52,225 nucleotides of DNA from a virus (Duplodnaviria > Caudoviricetes), in the IMG/VR virus record IMGVR_UViG_3300017912_000774, positions 1 through 52,225 of that record. The stretch is one strand, 5' to 3'. A program made the position numbers and the translations under genes. How positions within the stretch are numbered: the stretch's first letter is position 1; every line of letters starts with the position of its first letter. Under the pieces are notes generated by a model. The model searched no databases. It was not told the DNA's origin and saw nothing but the letters and a program-made list of their open reading frames with translations. Below, one piece after another: positions 24,937 through 32,445 of the stretch.

Positions 24937-25147
24937 GTTCACACGAAAACACTACGAGGAGATTGCCAGGATAATTGGCAACTCCAACATATCTTTTGAA
25001 GACGTTAAGTTGCTAACTACCTACTTCAAAGCAGATAATCCTAGATTTGATTCTGGCAGATTTATGCACGCAATCGCCAAGCATAAAGTCACAGAGTTTG
25101 ATAAAGTCGTAGGTAATTCTGTTAGTAGAGACCAACTGCAACCTTAG
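24929..25147 (+). CDS. Small conserved phage protein
   Basis: TRKHYEEIA...DNPRFDSGRF motif, familiar from phage early regions. Confidence 0.7.
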   Translation: MSKFTRKHYEEIARIIGNSNISFEDVKLLTTYFKADNPRFDSGRFMHAIAKHKVTEFDKVVGNSVSRDQLQP

Positions 25148-25172
25148 TCTTATTCACAACCAATACCTCCAG

Positions 25173-25204
25173 CCCTACCTTGTTTGCACAAGGTGGGGTT
25201 TTTT
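25173..25204 (+). terminator. Intrinsic terminator overlapping promoter copy 2
   Basis: CCCTACCTTG-TTTGCA-CAAGGTGGGG followed by a T run. Confidence 0.65.
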
Positions 25205-25212
25205 GTTAATAT
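25184..25212 (+). promoter_or_regulatory. Early promoter copy 2 (TTGCAC-17-TAATAT)
   Basis: Exact repeat of the -35/-10 hexamers. Confidence 0.7.
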
Positions 25213-25252
25213 AAAGAATAATCAAAATTTACATAAAATAAGGAAGGAACAT

Positions 25253-25501
25253 ATGTTTTATGAATGTAAACAATGTGGGGATAATGTCCCAATCAAAAGA
25301 AAGACTGTGGCAAAATTCTTCACTGATTACTGCGTTAATTGTGCTTCTCTTATGGATTCTGGTATTAAAGCTGTTTACTCGCTTGTACCTACCCATAAGG
25401 GAGCATATCAACCAGTGACTAACAAGAAGCAAATATATGATGCGACTTGTAATCCTAAGAACTTTGACTTTAATTTATCGGAGGCTTTAAATGGCAAATA
25501 A
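25253..25501 (+). CDS. DksA/TraR-like C4 zinc-finger protein
   Basis: CKQCGDNVPIKR...YCVNC. Start MFYEC after AAGGA. Confidence 0.65.
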   Translation: MFYECKQCGDNVPIKRKTVAKFFTDYCVNCASLMDSGIKAVYSLVPTHKGAYQPVTNKKQIYDATCNPKNFDFNLSEALNGK

Positions 25502-25787
25502 AAATCTATTTGGTAAAACTACCAGTCCTGAAGGTGCGTATGCAACTTACAGAACAGATAATCCAGCAAATGGTATGTACTTTGAGTGGCGAGTGCTCAA
25601 GACGTATCAAAGAAAAGATAATGAGGACAAGAACCCATATGCCCGTTGGCATTGTGCAGTTAAGTCTCCTTATACTTATGATAAATGGGAGTATGGTGAC
25701 ACATATATCAAAGACATTATGGACACCAAGCCAAGACTTATTAACTCCACACAAGACTGGAAACAACAGTATGATGAGGATATCTAA
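25491..25787 (+). CDS. Conserved phage hypothetical protein
   Basis: 98 aa, FEWRVLKTYQ...PYARW.CAVKSP...WEYGDTY. GGAGG RBS. Confidence 0.8.
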   Translation: MANKNLFGKTTSPEGAYATYRTDNPANGMYFEWRVLKTYQRKDNEDKNPYARWHCAVKSPYTYDKWEYGDTYIKDIMDTKPRLINSTQDWKQQYDEDI

Positions 25788-25798
25788 GTCACACTCGT

Positions 25799-25827
25799 TT
25801 GCACAACTTTGTGCAATTTGTTAATAT
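25799..25827 (+). promoter_or_regulatory. Early promoter copy 3 with palindromic operator-like site
   Basis: TTGCAC-17-TAATAT. The -35 lies within the inverted repeat TTGCACAA-CT-TTGTGCAA. Confidence 0.7.
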
Positions 25828-25861
25828 TAATAAAATCAAAAATAACGGAAAGGGGAAAGCA

Positions 25862-26287
25862 ATGCCTAGAGCTTTTAGAGATGAAGACATTGTTGTAGTC
25901 GACTACAAAACTCGTACCGACTACATCAAGTTCTTGGGCAAAGTCGTTGGCTACGACTCGCCCAACAGAAAGTATGTTGTTCATACTTTTGCACACGCTG
26001 ACGGATATTATCGAGTCACCAAAGACTTGATGCTCAAGTGTCACAAGTATGAACTCAGACTAGCCACTGGCGAAGATATTGATGCCATGAGTAAACATCA
26101 AACTTATGTCATCACTAGTCTAGCTAAAGAGTGGTGTGCCTCTCTTGGTTATGCTTCGAGTGAAAGACAGGAGGCTGGTTTAGTCTATAGCTCTTTTGCT
26201 CTTCAGCGTATCAAGGATATGAACTTTAACAGAAACTTCACAGAAGTATTACCAATAGAAAGGAATCGCTATGTTTCATGGATGTAG
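25862..26287 (+). CDS. Hypothetical protein (operon gene 1)
   Basis: Start reassigned to MPRAFRD after AAGGGG, downstream of promoter copy 3. Confidence 0.75.
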   Translation: MPRAFRDEDIVVVDYKTRTDYIKFLGKVVGYDSPNRKYVVHTFAHADGYYRVTKDLMLKCHKYELRLATGEDIDAMSKHQTYVITSLAKEWCASLGYASSERQEAGLVYSSFALQRIKDMNFNRNFTEVLPIERNRYVSWM

Positions 26288-26858
26288 TATAGATGTGACT
26301 CCAGTCACACTGGGTAGAATAATCCCACGTAGAGATGTGCCAGTTGGTCATGTATTTAAATACAAATCAACTGCCAACTCTGAGGGCTATATGTATGCCC
26401 ACTTAGATAAGTTTGACTCAATCATGTATTCACTCAAGTTTGATAAATATGCCAAGTCAAGCACCACGTCAACGCCAATGACGTACACTTCAACACCAGA
26501 CACAAGTCCACGTATGAGTAATGAGGTTGAGATTGTAGGTTACTACAACTTCACTGTGACTCTACAGAAAGTGCCTGAGGTTGTTCCTCTGTCATCAATC
26601 AAGAATGCACAAACTGCTGTGTCATTCAGAAATGATTTTGATGAACAGGATTACCCTCACATTTATCTTGTGCTTGGCGAGACATCTGCTAGGAACAGCT
26701 CACATTATCCTGTCTCTGAGAATAGATTACTCTTGAAACTCACTAAGAACTTCTCGATTGACAAAACTAAGTGGTGTGCTTTGAGCAGTATGCATGAGAG
26801 CACAATGTCAGCTATACGTGGCACTGTTGGTGTTAACATTTATGAAGGAGGTGAATGA
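26271..26858 (+). CDS. Hypothetical protein (operon gene 2)
   Basis: 195 aa, AAAGGA RBS, overlaps both neighbours. Confidence 0.8.
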   Translation: MFHGCSIDVTPVTLGRIIPRRDVPVGHVFKYKSTANSEGYMYAHLDKFDSIMYSLKFDKYAKSSTTSTPMTYTSTPDTSPRMSNEVEIVGYYNFTVTLQKVPEVVPLSSIKNAQTAVSFRNDFDEQDYPHIYLVLGETSARNSSHYPVSENRLLLKLTKNFSIDKTKWCALSSMHESTMSAIRGTVGVNIYEGGE

Positions 26859-28891
26859 TGCCTTACTCACTTAAGAACTACACTAGACGTGGGGAGATGA
26901 TATCAACTCCTAAGCATATGAATGAGATAGCAAATCAAATGAATAACTTTCTTCTTAAATTTGCTAAGGAGAATAAACTGAACAGCAATTACTTTTCAAA
27001 AGTATCTATGGATGTTCACCCTCTTGTGGTATCTGCTGCTCGTAAGATTCGTATTCTTGCAAAGCCTACACAAGATTTTGTAAAAGAAATCGAAAATGCA
27101 TGGCGAGGAATGCAGGGTCTCAACTCGTGGCATTCTATAAACATTAGGATTACCCACCCCATCATGTGGGCACACGAAGAAGCCAAAAGATATTCAAAAG
27201 ATGAAGACTCGTTGAACTGTCTTGCTTTTGTGAACTTGGCACTGTCGTATCCAATTACGCAAAATTCTGCTAGATACGGCAATTCGGGCAATGTCAGTCA
27301 CCCAAACATGACTAGTGAGAACCCTTGGACTCCAAAGCATACGATTGGGTTTGCTAGTCAGCTTGAGATAGACTTGAAGTGTGAACATAGGAGTCAGTCA
27401 TGGTTGCCTTTTTCACGAGGTCGCAGACGTTTGAATGGCAGACGTGTGATGTCTTTAACTCGTATACTGGCTAGGTATGTGTTGATTGATGAGTTGCCTA
27501 TTGAGCCTAAGACTGTTGACAATCTTGCACAGAAGATAATGGACACATACAAACCTATGTCGTTTCATGAAACTAAAACTTTACAAGATATGCGAGATAT
27601 GTATGTCAAGAACAGTCCTGACACTCCTGGCTCTTGCATGGACAGCACTCATGGGTTTTATGTTACTAGACCACATGAACCAGTTGACTGGTATCATTAT
27701 TGTCCTAAGACTACAGGCTTTTATGTTAAACGTGCTAATACAGTTCTTGCTCGTACCATTGCTTATTTTAATGAAACTGATAAGAAATGGTATTACACGA
27801 GAATATACTCGAGTCGTGAACTTTACAGACGTAAACTTCAACAAGAGTTGAAAAACCTAGGCATTGAACGTGCTGAGGAAAGTTCTTTACTTCGAGAACT
27901 TCGTGGAGGTAAAGATGTAGAGTTCGACATACCACTTAGTAAGTACAATAGCAGAGACTCTTGTCCCATTCCGTACTTTGACTTTATGCCTGCAAATTTT
28001 ATGTGGATACGAGTAGAAGACGGAGTCAACAAGTGTTTGCTTACTTCTCGTAATGATAAACCTGAGGGCAGAGGCTGGGCTAGTCCTAACCTAGCAACTA
28101 CCAATGGTGGTCATGTGTATGAGTATGGCAGTCAAAGAACTTGTCATTATTGTGATACTGAAGTTTATGATGAAGACTCTCCAATACGAGCCCCTGATGG
28201 TGCAATATTCTGCTCCTCTGATTGTGCATCAGATGCCAACTATGTGAGGTGGCAGACCAGTGATAACTGTGAGTGGCGACAATATGCTTTTGACCCTAAA
28301 GTAAATATGGATTGTCTTTGGGAGCCAACCATATTCAGTAATCTAAACGCAGCTATCGAATCTCGTGAGGGTGTGTTTGTTTACTGGCATCCTTGGGCTG
28401 ACGTAGAGTTTCCCGTCATGCGAAGTGTGTGGGCAACTCAACAAGGCTGGGGCTTTAGGACTACAAGTGTTCTACATTATCATGAGATGGTACACCCCAT
28501 CACTGGTAAAAGAATCGTAAGCAGTAGTGGTAGACAGCGACATCAAGTTTGCTACCCTGAGGCTTACACAAGAAGGTCAGGCAACTATGCTGAGGTACTG
28601 CCAAGTGGTGGTGTTGGCATGGTGTTTCTTAAAATATATGGCGAACATAAACGTCTAAGTATTTACAGAGACAATGGTCTGACAAAGGCTGTGCTTGAGA
28701 ATAAGAGTAAGTTTGTCAAGATAGACAGCTCTAACGGACACTCAAGTGAAGCAGTAGAGTTCTCGTTTGCGAATCAATACTTTGATTTCATGGACTTGGA
28801 CAAAAGCAGTAAGACACGAGTTCTTTCTCATGCTCTACCTGCTGAAGGCGTAACAATAACACTTAACCAACCAAAGAAGGAGACTTTATAA
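26855..28891 (+). CDS. Large hypothetical protein with SCM/ARTI/RIY/PYFD motifs and Zn finger (operon gene 3)
   Basis: 678 aa. PGSCMD...LARTIAY...YYTRIYS...PIPYFD, then CHYC-x17-FCSSDC. Confidence 0.8.
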   Translation: MMPYSLKNYTRRGEMISTPKHMNEIANQMNNFLLKFAKENKLNSNYFSKVSMDVHPLVVSAARKIRILAKPTQDFVKEIENAWRGMQGLNSWHSINIRITHPIMWAHEEAKRYSKDEDSLNCLAFVNLALSYPITQNSARYGNSGNVSHPNMTSENPWTPKHTIGFASQLEIDLKCEHRSQSWLPFSRGRRRLNGRRVMSLTRILARYVLIDELPIEPKTVDNLAQKIMDTYKPMSFHETKTLQDMRDMYVKNSPDTPGSCMDSTHGFYVTRPHEPVDWYHYCPKTTGFYVKRANTVLARTIAYFNETDKKWYYTRIYSSRELYRRKLQQELKNLGIERAEESSLLRELRGGKDVEFDIPLSKYNSRDSCPIPYFDFMPANFMWIRVEDGVNKCLLTSRNDKPEGRGWASPNLATTNGGHVYEYGSQRTCHYCDTEVYDEDSPIRAPDGAIFCSSDCASDANYVRWQTSDNCEWRQYAFDPKVNMDCLWEPTIFSNLNAAIESREGVFVYWHPWADVEFPVMRSVWATQQGWGFRTTSVLHYHEMVHPITGKRIVSSSGRQRHQVCYPEAYTRRSGNYAEVLPSGGVGMVFLKIYGEHKRLSIYRDNGLTKAVLENKSKFVKIDSSNGHSSEAVEFSFANQYFDFMDLDKSSKTRVLSHALPAEGVTITLNQPKKETL

Positions 28892-30354
28892 TGTCTTTAT
28901 ATAACTATGACTGGAGCACAAAGCTTCAAGAACCTGAGGTCGCAACAATGACCAAAGTAACTCGTGGTAAACAGATGGATAATCTGCTCTATGATTTACT
29001 GACAACAGTATCGCCTCATGGCAAAGAGAAACTGATAAGTGATATCATACTCGAAGCACTTGCCAAAGGCACTAAGAAAAAGAAAGGTTACAAGGCACAC
29101 ATTGATGTCAAAGGTAATCTTATCGTAAAAGTAGGGGACTATAAGAAATCTAAAGTCATGTTCAGTTCGCACATGGACACTGTGCAAAGCAGAGTGCCAG
29201 TAGACAAGACTGACTTACGTATCACTGATGAGGGTTATGTATATGCCTCATATGATAAAGATGTGCATGAGTATGTACACAAAGACAAAGTCATGACCAA
29301 GAATGAAATTGGTGACTTAGCTGAAGAAAAAGGTTTCAAGTTTCAAAACTACATTCTTATGGGTAAAGGCAAAACCAAAGCAGTCTATGGCTCAGATAAT
29401 GACTTTGATGATTGGATACAGACAGATGTAACTGTTACCACGAGGACATCAGTCAAGCCAGTATCAAGTGTACTCGGTGCAGACGACAAACTTGGTTGCT
29501 ACATCATGTGCAGACTAATCATGAATGGCACAGATGGTTTGTATGTATTTCATACTGGCGAAGAGTGTGGTGGTATCGGCTCGAGCCACATATCTGAACA
29601 GACACCTGAGGTTGTCAAAGGCATGAACTATTGTATTGCTTTCGACAGATATGAGTATGGACATATCATCACTCATCAAGCTGGTGGTCGTTGTTGTTCA
29701 GATGCTTTTGCAAATAGTCTAGCTGCAAAGCTAAATCCTTTGTTACCACCTAAACAACAAATGGGTCCGAACACTGGTGGTTCATTTACTGACTCTGCAA
29801 ACTATACCAAGCTAATAGCTGAGTGTACCAATGTCTCTGTCAGTTACAAGAATCAACATTCAAGTCGTGAGCACTTTGACTTGATATGGTTCAGAGATGT
29901 TCTGATACCTGCTTTGTTGAAGATAACATGGGACGACTTACCAGTGGTCAGAGACCCCAAAGAGGAGGTGTCCCCCTTTCGTCGTTCGAGTTACTATGGG
30001 GCGAGGCAAGGCTCGTTTTTCAAAGCACATTCCTCGAACAAGAGTACGAGGTCTTTGGTTTCAGCAAGGAGCTCTTTCTCGTCTTCAGAGCGAATGAACC
30101 AGTCTACAATAGACAAGTGCAATCATCTGCTTGATGCTAAGTTCTATGGCTATGACCCTGAAGAAGGTCTGCCTGAGCATATGAGTGACAAACAGAAAGC
30201 AGACTTTGTTAAGTACACTATCGTCAAAGAAAATCTTACTATGCAACAGATAGCTGAGTTGATTGTTGATGCCGAGAAAGAAACCACTAAGAGAGTTGAA
30301 CTTGACTCCTATGGATTAGGTTCACCTTATCAATCAGGTTTTTATGAGTACTAA
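28891..30354 (+). CDS. Zn-dependent peptidase/amidohydrolase (M28/M20/M42 clan)
   Basis: SHMDTV, LGADDKLG, FHTGEECGGIGS, IAFDR, FTDSANY and NQHS metal-ligand/catalytic motifs. Confidence 0.88.
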   Translation: MSLYNYDWSTKLQEPEVATMTKVTRGKQMDNLLYDLLTTVSPHGKEKLISDIILEALAKGTKKKKGYKAHIDVKGNLIVKVGDYKKSKVMFSSHMDTVQSRVPVDKTDLRITDEGYVYASYDKDVHEYVHKDKVMTKNEIGDLAEEKGFKFQNYILMGKGKTKAVYGSDNDFDDWIQTDVTVTTRTSVKPVSSVLGADDKLGCYIMCRLIMNGTDGLYVFHTGEECGGIGSSHISEQTPEVVKGMNYCIAFDRYEYGHIITHQAGGRCCSDAFANSLAAKLNPLLPPKQQMGPNTGGSFTDSANYTKLIAECTNVSVSYKNQHSSREHFDLIWFRDVLIPALLKITWDDLPVVRDPKEEVSPFRRSSYYGARQGSFFKAHSSNKSTRSLVSARSSFSSSERMNQSTIDKCNHLLDAKFYGYDPEEGLPEHMSDKQKADFVKYTIVKENLTMQQIAELIVDAEKETTKRVELDSYGLGSPYQSGFYEY

Positions 30355-30367
30355 TACTTTTCCCCTG

Positions 30368-30400
30368 CCCCCTATCGGTTTTTATCGGTAGGGGGTTTTT
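30368..30400 (+). terminator. Intrinsic terminator closing the four-gene operon
   Basis: CCCCTATCG-loop-CGGTAGGGG followed by GTTTTTT. Confidence 0.75.
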
Positions 30401-30412
30401 TATTTTGGGGGG

Positions 30413-30441
30413 TTGACGAAATTTAAAACTTATGATAAAAG
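30413..30441 (+). promoter_or_regulatory. Promoter for replication genes
   Basis: TTGACG-17 bp-TAAAAG with TG extension, upstream of the primase RBS. Confidence 0.5.
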
Positions 30442-30481
30442 CGAGAAACTTGCCGAGGGGAACACCTAGAGAGGAACACAA

Positions 30482-31249
30482 ATGAATATTCAAGATTTTA
30501 TAAAACAACATGAGCCGTTGGACAATACGTCTAGCAGACTCAACTGCCCTGAGTGTGGTGGCAGAAATACATTTACGATTACAAAAGAGTATGGCAAACT
30601 CCTTTGGAATTGTTATAAGGCTTCTTGTCGCATCAAAGGTGCTAAAGGTGTGACTAGAACCAAAGATGATATCAGAAGTTTGGTGAGTTCGCAAAACTAT
30701 CATTCTATCTATCATCTGGCTGAACATTTCGTGCCAGTTCACAACCATTCACAATCCATGCAATATTTAGAACGCAATAACTGTCTGCACGCTCTGCACG
30801 ACAAACTTGCAAAAATTATGTATGACCCAAAACAAAATCGAACTGTGTTCGTAGTCCAGGATGACTCACAAGTTTATGATGCTATCGGCAGAAGTTTTAG
30901 TAATAGAGTTTTGCCTAAGTGGTATAGGTATGGCAACTCATCAAAGTTATTCACATGTGGTGACCACGACACTGCTATACTTGTAGAAGATGCCGCTAGT
31001 GCTTGTGCAGTTTCACAAGTATCCACTGGTGTGGCACTTTTAGGCACTAACTTAAAAGATGCCGACCTCACACCATTACGAAAGTATAAACATGTATATA
31101 TTTGTTTAGACGCTGATGCTACTCGCAAGTCGCTTGACATACAGAAGTATTTAGCGTACTTTGTATCATGTAATGTAGTAAGACTTAAGGATGATTTAAA
31201 ATATTTTAACAAAGAGGAGATTAAAAGATTAGTATGGAACAGCAACTAA
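30482..31249 (+). CDS. DNA primase (Zn-ribbon + TOPRIM)
   Basis: CPECGG...WNCYKASC, ILVEDAASA, ALLGT and ICLDADA. Confidence 0.9.
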   Translation: MNIQDFIKQHEPLDNTSSRLNCPECGGRNTFTITKEYGKLLWNCYKASCRIKGAKGVTRTKDDIRSLVSSQNYHSIYHLAEHFVPVHNHSQSMQYLERNNCLHALHDKLAKIMYDPKQNRTVFVVQDDSQVYDAIGRSFSNRVLPKWYRYGNSSKLFTCGDHDTAILVEDAASACAVSQVSTGVALLGTNLKDADLTPLRKYKHVYICLDADATRKSLDIQKYLAYFVSCNVVRLKDDLKYFNKEEIKRLVWNSN

Positions 31250-32445
31250 TTAAACTCCTGATGCACAAAGAGTTTTTTGATGCAAACAAAACTCGTGTCA
31301 TGCGTTCAATGTTCCCAAATGAGTTGACAGACTTATATGACACCATTGTTAGTGGACACGAGAGTTACGAAAGGGACTTATCTTCACAAGAGATTAGGGA
31401 GATATACAAAGTCAGCAACCCAACTGCCACTCGTGCAAAACGAGAAGCAGTCGCTGAGGTGTTGTCTGATATTGAACATCTGCCATCAATAGGAACTGAC
31501 GTAGCTACAGATGTATTAGAAAAGATGTGGCAACAGGAGATAGGACGTAATATCGCAGATATGGGTCTAGCCATTATGGAAGGCTCACCTGAGAAGATTC
31601 ACGATGTGAGGGCACTCATAGATAAATCAGAGCAAGGCTTTGTGCCTGATGATGATGTCACACCAATCACAACAGACTTAGATACACTATTAGAATATGC
31701 ACAGAATGAAAACTGTTGGGAGTTCAATGTGCCTACTCTAAATAGAGTGGTCAGAGGTGGCAAGGCAGGAGAGTTTATGATTTCTTTTGCTAGACCTGAG
31801 ATTGGTAAAACTGCCTTTTACGTATCACTTGTGGCATCTCCAAACGGCTTCTGTTCACAAGGAGCTGATGTTCACATAATAACCAACGAAGAGCCTGCAC
31901 GTAGAACAATGCTTCGTGCAGTTAGTGCATACACTGGATACAGTGAAGAAGATATATATAAGAATCGTTCACAAGCAAAAGAGAAGTTCACAGAGATTGC
32001 TCACAACATAACTATGATTGACAATGTTGATGCATCAATAGAATGGCTAAATAAATATTGCGAAAACAAAAAGCCTGACGTGTTGATTGTCGACCAGTTA
32101 GATAAGTTAGATGTGATGGGCACTTTTGCAAGAACAGATGAAAAGCTAAGAAGTATCTACACAAAGTATCGTGAGATATGTAAGAGACATAATCTGTTTG
32201 GTATTGGTATTAGCCAAGCTAGTGCTGATGCTGAGGGCAAAACAAATGTAACTTATGCTATGATGGAGAACAGTAAGACTGGTAAAGCCGCTGAAGCTGA
32301 CTTGATAATCGGCATCGGTAAATCAGATATTACTGACAACACAGATAAGAAACGATACTTAACTATATCAAAGAATAAATTAACGGGCTTCCATGGCAAA
32401 ATCATTTGCAACTTGGATACAGATTTGAGTAGGTATACAGCATGA
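31234..32445 (+). CDS. Replicative DNA helicase (DnaB/SF4)
   Basis: ARPEIGKT Walker A, LIVDQLD, ISQA, SKTGKAAEAD and ISKNK. Confidence 0.92.
   Translation: MEQQLIKLLMHKEFFDANKTRVMRSMFPNELTDLYDTIVSGHESYERDLSSQEIREIYKVSNPTATRAKREAVAEVLSDIEHLPSIGTDVATDVLEKMWQQEIGRNIADMGLAIMEGSPEKIHDVRALIDKSEQGFVPDDDVTPITTDLDTLLEYAQNENCWEFNVPTLNRVVRGGKAGEFMISFARPEIGKTAFYVSLVASPNGFCSQGADVHIITNEEPARRTMLRAVSAYTGYSEEDIYKNRSQAKEKFTEIAHNITMIDNVDASIEWLNKYCENKKPDVLIVDQLDKLDVMGTFARTDEKLRSIYTKYREICKRHNLFGIGISQASADAEGKTNVTYAMMENSKTGKAAEADLIIGIGKSDITDNTDKKRYLTISKNKLTGFHGKIICNLDTDLSRYTA

Noticed and set aside
25799-25816. Palindrome as an NtrC site
   Set aside because: Spacing is TGCAC-N6-GTGCA rather than N7, and no sigma54 -24/-12 motif was seen nearby.
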